IMG/VR virus record: IMGVR_UViG_3300010885_076238
Span: 140,312 to 204,311 of that record
DNA: 64,000 nucleotides
Strand: one strand, 5' to 3'
In this document: positions 17,546 through 26,207 of the stretch, piece by piece
Numbering within the stretch: the stretch's first letter is position 1
Layout: each line of letters opens with the position of its first letter
Program-made: the position numbers and the translations under genes
Notes under the pieces: model-generated
What the model saw: only the letters and a program-made list of their open reading frames with translations
Databases searched by the model: none
What the model was told of the DNA's origin: nothing

Positions 17546-18487
17546 ATGGCTCATAAAGTCGAAAACATGTTCTACGTTGGCGAGACGCCTTGGCATGGTC
17601 TGGGCGTTGCTTTGGAAGAGGCTCCGATCATTTCCGACGCCATTACGGCGGCGGGTCTGGATTGGACTGTCGGACTCCGCGACCTTTTCACGGCAGACGG
17701 CGTAAAGGTGCCGAATCGTGCGACGGTTCGCGAGACGGACGGAAGTGTGCTGGGCGTTGTCGGCCCGCGTTACACTCCGCTCCAAAATGCGGCGGCTCTC
17801 GACTGGTTTCAGCCGTTCATCGACAGCGGAGAGGCTTCGCTTCACACTGCCGGTAGCCTTGACGAGGGTCGCAAGGTCTGGGTGCTTGCCCAGTTGAACC
17901 GCGACCCCAGTGTGATCGTTCCGGGCGACGACGTTCGCAAGTTCATTCTCTTGTCGAATTCGCACGACGGCACGACGGCGGTTCGTCCGGGTTTCACGCC
18001 GATTCGCGTTGTCTGTGCGAATACGCTCGCGGCGGCTCATTGCTCGACCGCCAGCAAGTTGATTCGCGTTCGTCACACTCGCAAGATTGCGACGAATTTG
18101 GAAAAGGTTCGCGAGTTGATGAACGCCGCGAACGCGGAATTCGAGGCGACTGCCGACCAGTATCGGCATCTTGCCAGCAAGGCGTTCAACCAGACCGACG
18201 TTCGCAAGTACGTCAAGGTGCTGCTCGACGTTGAGACGGTTTCGGATGCCGACCTGCCCACTCGCACCAAGAATACCATCGAGGAAATTCTTGGACTGAT
18301 CGAGGGGCCGAAGCAATCGATGCCGGGCGTTCAAGGCACTTGGTGGGCCGCGTACAACGGGTTCAACGAATACTTGAACTACAATCGCGGTCGCACGACC
18401 GACAACCGTATGAACAGCCTATGGTTCGGCATGGGTGCGACCGACAACCGCAAGGCTCTCGACCTTGCCCTTAGCTTGTCGGCCTAG
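17546..18487 (+). CDS. DUF932 (LGT_TIGR03299)-family protein
   Basis: PWHGLG, Y.PLQN, NSHDG, TPIRVVCANTL, GTWWAAYN motifs. Confidence 0.9.
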   Translation: MAHKVENMFYVGETPWHGLGVALEEAPIISDAITAAGLDWTVGLRDLFTADGVKVPNRATVRETDGSVLGVVGPRYTPLQNAAALDWFQPFIDSGEASLHTAGSLDEGRKVWVLAQLNRDPSVIVPGDDVRKFILLSNSHDGTTAVRPGFTPIRVVCANTLAAAHCSTASKLIRVRHTRKIATNLEKVRELMNAANAEFEATADQYRHLASKAFNQTDVRKYVKVLLDVETVSDADLPTRTKNTIEEILGLIEGPKQSMPGVQGTWWAAYNGFNEYLNYNRGRTTDNRMNSLWFGMGATDNRKALDLALSLSA

Positions 18488-18607
18488 TGCGAACGATGCC
18501 CCCTACCCGAAAGGGTAGGGGGGATTCATCGTAAAATTATTTTCGGTTTGATTCGTTATCTAGTATGGCCGCGATTGAGACGGCCAAGCCAATCGGGAGA
18601 CCTAATC

Positions 18608-18796
18608 ATGATCATCGCCGCCATCCTCGCCGCCGCGTACGTCGCTTTCGGCATCGCCGGGACATCGTACGTCAACCGTTGGATTCGCAACGCTGACGAC
18701 GGGGATGCAGGCTGCGGCCTGTCGAGCCTGCACATTCTCAACCCCATCATGGTGGTGGTTGGAGCGAGAATGATGCTCGACAAGCTGTCCTCCTAG
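18608..18796 (+). CDS. Small membrane protein, copy 1
   Basis: Hydrophobic N-terminus; paralog of 25015. Confidence 0.7.
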   Translation: MIIAAILAAAYVAFGIAGTSYVNRWIRNADDGDAGCGLSSLHILNPIMVVVGARMMLDKLSS

Positions 18797-18926
18797 CGGG
18801 GGGCAGCCGCCCAACTCAACACCTAATGTTTATTGGCAAAGGTGAGCAATAAAAAATAAATTCCCAGCTAATTCGTTATCTAGTATGGCCGCGACAGTGA
18901 CGGCCAAGCCAATCTAGGAAATAACG

Positions 18927-19268
18927 ATGGCTCGCAAGCGTAGGTCAGACCGTAATCACGCGGTCTATCAGATTGTTTGCAAACCAACTGGAGAGCGTTA
19001 CATCGGACTGACGGTAGTGCGTGGAAGAGCCGTTCAGAAGAGCGTGAAGATTCGTTGGGACGGCCATGTTCATCACGCCGTAGTAGAGAGAGACAACCCG
19101 CTTCAACGTAGAATTCGTGAGTTTGGCCCCGAAGCATTTTCTCACGAACTGCTTCAAGTTGTGAGAGGCAAGCAGCCCGCTCATGACATTGAAAGGGGCT
19201 TGATCGTCAATATGAAGCCCGAACTGAATGTGGAGTGTACCGGCAAGAAACAAGCAAATCGTTCCTAA
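18927..19268 (+). CDS. GIY-YIG nuclease-like protein
   Basis: VYQI...YIGLT...RW..H...E...PELN. Confidence 0.75.
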   Translation: MARKRRSDRNHAVYQIVCKPTGERYIGLTVVRGRAVQKSVKIRWDGHVHHAVVERDNPLQRRIREFGPEAFSHELLQVVRGKQPAHDIERGLIVNMKPELNVECTGKKQANRS

Positions 19269-19324
19269 TTTTTTCGACTCTCATTCGTTATACAAATGTA
19301 GCCACCACCCCAAGCAGGAAAAAA

Positions 19325-19528
19325 ATGACTATCACAGAAGTCATCACGCCCGGCCCAGGCGGATTCAAATTTCTCAACATGACGAACGAGAAGTTCGACT
19401 CGTTCACCGCAGACGAAATCATTGCCGCTGCGGAAGCGGCCGGTCTGTGGACATACTACGAACTGGACGACGACGGGAAGCTGACCGGCTTGGCGATCAC
19501 CACGAAAGAAAGAGAGCCAAACGGATAG
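19325..19528 (+). CDS. Small hypothetical protein
   Basis: Promoter + AGGA. Confidence 0.6.
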   Translation: MTITEVITPGPGGFKFLNMTNEKFDSFTADEIIAAAEAAGLWTYYELDDDGKLTGLAITTKEREPNG

Positions 19529-19763
19529 CGGGCTTTGGCCCAATGCTCTAACACCTAATGTTTATAATCAACAGTGAGTTGCTTGCCAAAACCAAAGGAG
19601 CCGGACATGGAAACTTTTGAGCAGTGGTGCAAGAGGATGCAAGAAGAACACGATCAATGGATTTCAAGTCCCGAAGGACAAATCTGGATCAAGGGCTAAA
19701 AATTATTTTCGGTTTGATTCGTTATCAAGTATGGCCGATCATTCAACACCTAAGGAACAAGTC

Positions 19764-20078
19764 ATGAAAGCCAAAGAAGTGCAGATTGGACAGGAGTTCT
19801 ACACCAACTACGCGAGCATGGAACACTGCAAGCCGCTGTCTAACGTTCATCGTTGGAAAATGATCGCTCCAGAGCATCGGTTGGCGCAGCTTGTGCTTGT
19901 CACCGGGGACGTTTGCGATCACACTCGCATCATCGATGAAAAGGAAGAAGTGTTCGCCACAGCCGGTGAAGCTTGGCAAGATTGTGCGACTCAACTCAAC
20001 GCGATCATCGAAAAGATTCGTGAAGCCGTCAAGGATTGCGAGTCCAAAGTTCCCCGCCAGTGCAAGGAATCCGCGTGA
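19764..20078 (+). CDS. Hypothetical protein
   Basis: Promoter + AAGGA; start re-assigned. Confidence 0.6.
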   Translation: MKAKEVQIGQEFYTNYASMEHCKPLSNVHRWKMIAPEHRLAQLVLVTGDVCDHTRIIDEKEEVFATAGEAWQDCATQLNAIIEKIREAVKDCESKVPRQCKESA

Positions 20079-20137
20079 AAAAGGGGGCTTGGGAAACCAA
20101 GTCCCCAATAATTAACACCAAATGTCTATTATAGAGT

Positions 20138-20422
20138 ATGAGACTATTTATTGATGACATCAGAACTCCATCCGAAGACTACATCGTTCTCCGGTCTTCT
20201 GAGGATGCCATTCAATTCATAAAGCAAAATGGCTGGCCTGAGTTCATCAGTTTTGACCACGATCTTGGCGGCGACGATACCACTATGGTCTTTCTCAAAA
20301 GGCTTGTAAACGAAGTATGGGACGGCAAAACCATGCCGCCAGACTATATCGTTCATAGTGCCAACCCAATTGGATCGAAGAACATCGTGAGTTTCATGGA
20401 AAGCTGGAAGAAGTCAATCTAA
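20138..20422 (+). CDS. Cyclic-phosphate-processing receiver-like domain protein
   Basis: LFIDDIR...ISFDHDLG...VHSANPIG signature. Confidence 0.8.
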   Translation: MRLFIDDIRTPSEDYIVLRSSEDAIQFIKQNGWPEFISFDHDLGGDDTTMVFLKRLVNEVWDGKTMPPDYIVHSANPIGSKNIVSFMESWKKSI

Positions 20423-20496
20423 AAAATTTTTTTTACTTTCATTCGTTATACCAATATGGCAGCAATTGAGACTGCCGGATTACTAGGATTGCTCTA

Positions 20497-20574
20497 ATGT
20501 TTGGACTCGTTTCTATGATTTTGTTTAGCGTCGGAACTATTGGATTTTTCTACGTCACTAAGGAGGGCAACTAA
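20497..20574 (+). CDS. Putative 25-aa membrane peptide
   Basis: After leader hairpin + AGGA; MFGLVSMILFSVGTIGFFYVTKEGN. Confidence 0.45.
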   Translation: MFGLVSMILFSVGTIGFFYVTKEGN

Positions 20575-20726
20575 TGTTTATCGTAATTGAGCAGAAGGAA
20601 GACGGCACGACTCAGATTCTTTCGCCCGTAATCAACGACCAGAAAGAAGCAGAAGTAGAGGCTGCTTGGATTTCCCACCTGAACGGTTGGAGTTGCACAG
20701 TAAAGCAAGTGGATCAAGCCGCTTGA
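20574..20726 (+). CDS. Small hypothetical protein (50 aa)
   Basis: AAGGAGG RBS; TAATG coupling; ends in -QAA. Confidence 0.55.
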   Translation: MFIVIEQKEDGTTQILSPVINDQKEAEVEAAWISHLNGWSCTVKQVDQAA

Positions 20727-20858
20727 AACAATCGGCAGTAAACCTGCCACCCAACCCAAAAGGTTGGGCCATTAGCAAATACCTAATGTTTATTGTTGAA
20801 TCGAACCTGATAAAAATAATTTTCGATCTAGTTCGTTATAGATTTAGGAGGACGTTTT

Positions 20859-21071
20859 ATGACTAAGCCCGTTGAAATCTCAACCAAGGAAATGTGGGAA
20901 CTCTCAGCAGTGGGAGCCTGCATTCTTCTAGCTGTTCAAGAGATGGAAGAAGATGCTGTCGGCAGGCAAAAGGTGATCGAAGCGGGAAACCGTTTGTTCG
21001 ATCTCATGGGCAAAATTGGAGAACGAGATGATTGGTCATCCAGAAGCCCAAAAGGAGAGGAAAAAGTATGA
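20859..21071 (+). CDS. Hypothetical protein
   Basis: Promoter + AGGAGG. Confidence 0.6.
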   Translation: MTKPVEISTKEMWELSAVGACILLAVQEMEEDAVGRQKVIEAGNRLFDLMGKIGERDDWSSRSPKGEEKV

Positions 21072-21234
21072 AAAAAACTGTCGGAGCAACCAAGGCTCAC
21101 GCATCATGCGGATATTGCAAACACTTGCGCAAGTTCGGAAAGCGACTTGCCAATAAGGCTTCTCGCAAACACGGAAATAATTTTCGATTCAATGCGTTAT
21201 CAAATATAGAGAATCCCAACCCCGGAGAATAATC

Positions 21235-21465
21235 ATGTTCAAGAAGAAAACCGATGGTCGATTCCGTGTCGAGCTGAAGTATAAGAACGGCAGCGAAGCA
21301 TTCATGGTCAGCAACGACTACCAGCAAATCTGCCGCCTGTACGAGCTTGCCAGAACTCCCATTTGCGAAAATTTCACACAGTCGATCTACGAAGTGATCT
21401 TGTTCGACGGCGATAAGCCCCTTGCAAACTGGACTAACTCAGCCGCATTAGTCAAAGTGGCTTGA
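21235..21465 (+). CDS. Hypothetical protein
   Basis: Promoter + GGAG. Confidence 0.6.
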   Translation: MFKKKTDGRFRVELKYKNGSEAFMVSNDYQQICRLYELARTPICENFTQSIYEVILFDGDKPLANWTNSAALVKVA

Positions 21466-21473
21466 CAATCCTA

Positions 21474-21550
21474 GGCGATTCTGGGTAGGGCCGGTCTCAT
21501 GAGCCGGATTGGGTAGCACCCCCCGCGTGGTTCGATTCCACGACTCGCCA
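21474..21550 (+). tRNA. Atypical D-arm-less tRNA-like RNA, anticodon CAT
   Basis: Acceptor GGCGATT/ACTCGCC-A, anticodon arm CCGGT-CTCATGA-GCCGG, T-arm CGTGG-TTCGATT-CCACG; only 10 nt in place of the D-arm. Confidence 0.65.
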
Positions 21551-21585
21551 TTTAGAATGCGGTAAAATGCAACAAGGAGCAAACC

Positions 21586-21825
21586 ATGAATACTGAATTT
21601 TATGTGGGCGAACACCGTGGTATCTGGGTAGGCCCAGTCATCCGAAATAAACAGACGAATCATCCTGTGGCATTCGTCGCAGCCGGATCAGAACACTTTT
21701 CCGAAATATTATCCCTAGCACCAGAAATGCTTGAAGCACTACGGAAAATCAGGAATAACTCAGACAACGCGGAAGTCAACAAAATCGCATCAGAAATCCT
21801 ACTCAAGGCAACCAAACACGCCTAA
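21586..21825 (+). CDS. Hypothetical protein (APEMLEAL motif)
   Basis: AAGGAG RBS; common phage motif. Confidence 0.65.
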   Translation: MNTEFYVGEHRGIWVGPVIRNKQTNHPVAFVAAGSEHFSEILSLAPEMLEALRKIRNNSDNAEVNKIASEILLKATKHA

Positions 21826-22011
21826 TCGTCAACACCTAATGTTTATTTCCCGAACGGGACAATTCAGACAAAAATCAGGCAATTTATAATAATTATTCCC
21901 GCTCGGGAAAGTTAGGTAATCTGTGCAAGCCCATAAAAGAAAATAAAAAATCCAAGGCCCGATTGACGATAGATAAGGTACGGGACAGAAAACCATTCAA
22001 AGGAGTGAATC

Positions 22012-22278
22012 ATGTTGGCTTGGATCGGAATCGCAATAACCGCCGTTGGAATGATTTTTAGTAGCTATGAGTTCGTGAAAAAAAATCCAGAACTCTTGCC
22101 CAAAGTTCAAAACGTACAACTGCTGGCCCATCGTCAACGTCAATCAGCGTTCATGTACAGTCAAGTAAATTTGGCCTATGATGTTGTGAACGGAAAACAT
22201 TGGTTTCAACACCCAGACGGTCAGTGGAGAGAATTCCCACCAAAACCCTCTCAAGTCGATATGCAAAACAGCCGATAA
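22012..22278 (+). CDS. Membrane-anchored hypothetical protein
   Basis: N-terminal hydrophobic helix; AAGGAG. Confidence 0.6.
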   Translation: MLAWIGIAITAVGMIFSSYEFVKKNPELLPKVQNVQLLAHRQRQSAFMYSQVNLAYDVVNGKHWFQHPDGQWREFPPKPSQVDMQNSR

Positions 22279-22902
22279 ATAAAATAAGGAAAGGAATCCA
22301 AAATGAAAAAAATCAACTGGAACCAAATCGTCAACGCTCTTATTCTTGTCAAAATAGGACAAGACTTAGGAACCAACTCGCAACTTACCCAATCCATCCA
22401 TCATATCATCGACGTTATTGCTACGTTCGCTAATGCCTTTGTAAGAATATAAAATAATTTCTCGATCAGTTCGTTATACAATAGTGGCCGTCCCATTCTC
22501 AGGAGAGCAAACATGAACACTGACACCAACTGGACTTACGAGCGCGAGGGAGCCAAAGAGATGATCGCAAGGCTCGAAGAAGAAATTCAGAATTCGACCT
22601 CCAAGCAGGATCGAATCAACAAACAGGAAGAAATACAAAGACTCCAATCGTAAAGAGTCAAAAAATAATTTTCAATCCCGTTCGTTATACAATAGTGGTC
22701 AACTAAAGGTGCTGACTGAAAGTGACACACGGCGGACAAGGTGGCCGACCGCAGGATCAGCACCACTCTAAAGGATCAAAAATGTATCTGACTCTCAATG
22801 ATTGGATGATGCTCGTTGGACTGATTTCTTTCGCAGGATTCTGTTCCTACACTGCCCACGAAATTCAAGGTGCAATCCACAACTACTTACATGGAGAATA
22901 TA

Positions 22903-23247
22903 ATGATTTTTGAAGTTGAAATGCTCGCGTTCGGAAAACCAGGAGAAGTTCGCAAGGTCAATGTTCCCGATGAGGCTCTAACTCGCGCAAAAGAAGATAC
23001 AGACAATATTCTTGAAGCCGCGTTTTATTACGGCCAAAACGATTTCCAGCCGCAAAACCACCCGTCAGTAAGTGCTGGCGATGTGATCCGCTGGAAAGAA
23101 GAAAACTATCTGGTTGCTGGTATGGGTTTCAAAAAGCTGACCGATGAACAACTAAATGATTATCGATCTCTCGACCAAAACGATAAGTTCATCGGAAGAT
23201 GCCAAATTGAAATAGGCGAACCAGTAGTAGGACGCAGAAACAAGTAA
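22903..23247 (+). CDS. YodL-like protein
   Basis: PSVSAGDVI...YLVAGMGFKKL resembles the YodL signature. Confidence 0.6.
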   Translation: MIFEVEMLAFGKPGEVRKVNVPDEALTRAKEDTDNILEAAFYYGQNDFQPQNHPSVSAGDVIRWKEENYLVAGMGFKKLTDEQLNDYRSLDQNDKFIGRCQIEIGEPVVGRRNK

Positions 23248-23442
23248 CCTGCACAATTCCATCAAACCATCAAAGCCCTAATAAATAATAAATATCGCTT
23301 ACGAAAGTGATATTTATAGGGCTTTATCTAACACCTAATGTTTATAAAACATCGCTAGTCGAAAAAAATAATTTTCGATCCAGTGCGTTATGCCAATGTG
23401 GGCAGCAATTGAGACTGCCCCCGTTTTCAGGAGGTTTGAATC

Positions 23443-23652
23443 ATGGGTGACGAAGATTCCTTTCTCGATTCGCGTTGGGAAGAAATTTGCGAGTATGAAG
23501 ACTCGTACGAGCAAGAGGATTGCTTCGATGACTTCGACGATGAAGATGATGAATACGATTGCTTCAGCGAAGACGACAACGACGACTTTGAAGACGACTT
23601 CGCTGACGACAACTACGACGACTACGACGACTTCTACGAGGAAGCCGCGTGA
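23443..23652 (+). CDS. Extremely acidic small protein (DNA-mimic candidate)
   Basis: More than half D/E with spaced F/Y; promoter, leader hairpin, AGGAGG. Confidence 0.7.
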   Translation: MGDEDSFLDSRWEEICEYEDSYEQEDCFDDFDDEDDEYDCFSEDDNDDFEDDFADDNYDDYDDFYEEAA

Positions 23653-23797
23653 AAATAGGGGGCTTGGGAAACCAAGCTTCCCCCAACTATCAACACCTAA
23701 TGTTTATAATGCCAACCCGCCGGAAACTTCTCGAAGAAAAATAATTTTCCATTCAAATCGTTATAAATCATCGGCCCAAAACCCTGAGGATCAAATC

Positions 23798-24343
23798 ATG
23801 AGCTACGAAAACGCCCCCGCCACCATCATGCTCGCGACCCACTGCTGCTGCTGCGGTCGCCCACTGGTCGATGCTATCTCTGTTGAGATGGGTATCGGCC
23901 CCGATTGCCGTCAAGGTCGCACCGATGGCATTTCCAAAGAACAGCAAGAAATCTGCAACAAACTCACCCATGCCGCCGCTCTTGCCGCGCAGGAAGGTCA
24001 AGTCGAGAAGGTTCGCGCGATTGCCGCCGAAATTGCCGCTCTAGGTCTGACTGAATTGGCCGATAAGGTTCAGCACCGTTTCGTCAACGCTGAAAGATTG
24101 GCAAAGATCAATATCATTCAGACCGGCGACCGTCTGACCGTTACAACCCCGTGGAAACGTAGCAGCGACTTTGTTGCCGCATGGAGAACCATTCCCGGCA
24201 GACGATATGGCGGGGCCGGTAAGAACATCATCCCCCTTAGCAGCAAGGGTGAGTTGTGGAATCTGCTACAGAAGTTCTTCCCCGGCCAATTCGGCAAGGG
24301 GCCAAAGGGACTGTTCAGAGTCCCTAAGAACGAGGCGGCTTGA
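23798..24343 (+). CDS. DUF6011-like Zn-ribbon protein
   Basis: CCCCGRPLVD..S...GIGPDC; start re-assigned after the promoter at 23737. Confidence 0.75.
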   Translation: MSYENAPATIMLATHCCCCGRPLVDAISVEMGIGPDCRQGRTDGISKEQQEICNKLTHAAALAAQEGQVEKVRAIAAEIAALGLTELADKVQHRFVNAERLAKINIIQTGDRLTVTTPWKRSSDFVAAWRTIPGRRYGGAGKNIIPLSSKGELWNLLQKFFPGQFGKGPKGLFRVPKNEAA

Positions 24344-24567
24344 CTGCCTGCACAAATTATATGCCCCCGAAATCCAAATGGAGAGTAGGGGTCGCGTTAT
24401 ACAGAAAAAACTTTAGAAATAAATATTAATACCTAATGTTTATTTTTATTCGCGCCGGTAGCCGGTAGCCGGTCGAGTTCGCCGGTAGTAAAAAAATAAT
24501 TTCCGATCCGGTTCGTTATACCAATATGGCCGCGATTGAGACGGCCAGCCAATCGGGAGGATGGGAC

Positions 24568-24858
24568 ATGGCGACTTGGATCAACGGCGACCCGGTGAAT
24601 GTTGTTGCAGGCATGATCAGGAGCCGCTGGTTGCTTCTGCCCGCAACTTGGTTTGAATCAGGCATGGGCGTCAAAGTGGACGACGAACGCAAATTCGTCC
24701 ATGTGATCGACCGACGCGGAAAGCCCGTGGGCAATCCCATAAAGTTTTGGGATGATGCTCCGGCCGGTGGCGGATCAAAAGAAGATGCCATCAACGAGTG
24801 CAAAGCATTCGGAGAGACATACGCACAAATTTTCCGCCCCCGAAATCCACAAGGATAG
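24568..24858 (+). CDS. Hypothetical cassette protein
   Basis: Promoter, leader hairpin, GGAGG. Confidence 0.6.
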   Translation: MATWINGDPVNVVAGMIRSRWLLLPATWFESGMGVKVDDERKFVHVIDRRGKPVGNPIKFWDDAPAGGGSKEDAINECKAFGETYAQIFRPRNPQG

Positions 24859-25014
24859 TAGGGGTCGCGTTATACAGAAACGGCAGAAAATATTTGGCCT
24901 GCCACTTAACACCTAACGTTTATTTTTGATGGTGGGCAGCAAAAAATAATTTTCGGTTTGGTGCGTTATCTAGTATGGCCGCAATTGAGACGGCCAGCCA
25001 ATCGGGAGCTTGTC

Positions 25015-25209
25015 ATGATCGCCATCGTCATCGTCACCGCCGCGTACGTCGCTTTCGGCATCGCGGGGTACTCGTACGTCAACCGTTGGATTTGCCACGG
25101 CCTTGACGACGGCAATGAGTCTGGAACTGGCCTGTCGTGCTTGCACATTCTCAACCCCATCATGGTGGCGGTTGGAGCGAGAATAATGCTCGACAAGCTG
25201 TCCTCCTAG
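25015..25209 (+). CDS. Small membrane protein, copy 2
   Basis: Paralog of 18608 in a duplicated cassette. Confidence 0.7.
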   Translation: MIAIVIVTAAYVAFGIAGYSYVNRWICHGLDDGNESGTGLSCLHILNPIMVAVGARIMLDKLSS

Positions 25210-25343
25210 CGGAGGGCAGCCGCCCAACCAAACACCTAATGTTTATAAGTGAGCGAACGCGCGGCTCCCGAATAATTTTCAATTTCATTCGTTATCCAGT
25301 ATCGCCGCACTTGTGACGGCAGGCCGACCATAGGAACCAACCC

Positions 25344-25649
25344 ATGACCACCACTCGCGAAACGCTTCTGGCCGAGTTTGCCTCCGTCTACAGCCGCACA
25401 GGCTGGAGGGTCGCCGCTTCTCTCGACGGCATGACCGTGGATCAGTTGCAGACCACGCTCGACGGTCTGTACGAAGCCATCAGTGAGGAAAGGGAAAAGA
25501 TGGACGCTTGGTTCGCAAGACAGAACGAGGATGCTGAAATGTCTGCCCGTGAGTGGGAGCAGTTGCAGGCAAAAGCCGATGCTGAGGCTGCTGCCGAAGC
25601 TGAGTGGTCGAAGTGGCAACACCACTACGACAGGCTGGTAGGGGTGTGA
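25344..25649 (+). CDS. Hypothetical acidic helical protein
   Basis: Promoter, variant leader hairpin, AGGA. Confidence 0.65.
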   Translation: MTTTRETLLAEFASVYSRTGWRVAASLDGMTVDQLQTTLDGLYEAISEEREKMDAWFARQNEDAEMSAREWEQLQAKADAEAAAEAEWSKWQHHYDRLVGV

Positions 25650-25778
25650 CCCGCCTCATATCGAAACACCTAATGTTTATAATGGGCCTGAGTTAGCCGA
25701 AAATAATCCGCCCACCCAACCGTTATCAGTGTAGCGACCGCATATGTGACGGTCTCGCCTACCCTTGGAGTTCCTGCC

Positions 25779-26207
25779 ATGTACACCACTCCCTCCTTCG
25801 TGAAGAACGTTCTCCCCGCTGGCAAGATCCCCGGCATGGAAGCCCACTACAGCGATCTGTCCGACTTGAGCATCACCATCCCCTTCGCACTCATGGGATG
25901 GGACGATGGCCTCGACTGTGGCTACCAAGACTCCCCGCCCACTGATTACGTTGTAGGGGCTTTCGAGAATCGTGATGAGGCTGAGGATCAGCTTGCTTCC
26001 TGTGTGCAAAACAACCCAGCCGGTATCTATTGGATCGTGGAGAGCTATCAGGAGCCGCTGTACAGCTTCAATAGCGTCAGCTGGGACGGAATCAATAGGG
26101 ATGCCTATCTGTCCATGTCGCTCACCCGCGAGGATGTCATACGCCTTGAGAGCAGGCTGGTAAGGGAGAAGACCCAGAGCGACCATACAGTTGTGCGACT
26201 GGCCTAA
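25779..26207 (+). CDS. Hypothetical protein
   Basis: Promoter, variant leader hairpin, GGAG. Confidence 0.6.
   Translation: MYTTPSFVKNVLPAGKIPGMEAHYSDLSDLSITIPFALMGWDDGLDCGYQDSPPTDYVVGAFENRDEAEDQLASCVQNNPAGIYWIVESYQEPLYSFNSVSWDGINRDAYLSMSLTREDVIRLESRLVREKTQSDHTVVRLA

Larger units (their letters stand above)
1261..25726 (+). promoter_or_regulatory. Dispersed family of ~40 phage-type promoters, consensus AAAATAATTTT-N~10-(T)CGTTAT
   Basis: Examples at 1261, 3968, 8551, 8916, 9322, 10791, 11203, 12238, 13647, 13875, 15270, 15567, 15772, 17032, 18532, 19698, 20813, 21175, 22450, 22662, 23364, 24492, 24942, 25271; each lies shortly upstream of an RBS+ORF, a tRNA or an ncRNA. Confidence 0.8.
8269..25754 (+). 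repeat. 13 copies of a 5'-leader hairpin GGC(C/A)G-CRNNNGWGA-C(G/T)GCC
   Basis: At 8269, 8587, 16370, 17066, 17505, 18567, 18887, 20458, 23401, 24528, 24977, 25304, 25736; always 7-10 nt after CGTTAT (CGTTGT at 16370); compensatory stem changes. Confidence 0.85.

Noticed and set aside
16340-18334. Long minus-strand ORFs in the GC-rich region
   Set aside because: Shadows of plus-strand genes that have promoters, RBSs and recognisable motifs.
23327-23393. Box-to-promoter stretches resemble integron attC sites (YAAC...GTTA, 60-100 bp)
   Set aside because: No L''/L' complementarity between the halves, most CGTTAT copies lack a nearby box, CGTTAT behaves like a -10 element, and no integrase is in the window.
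23390-24343. 317-aa ORF
   Set aside because: Artificial fusion across two cassettes; the true genes are 23443-23652 and 23798-24343.
8186-24568. Shared N-terminal peptide MAAIETA in several ORF-track translations
   Set aside because: It is the translation of the leader hairpin; real starts with an RBS lie downstream and the hairpin occurs in different frames.
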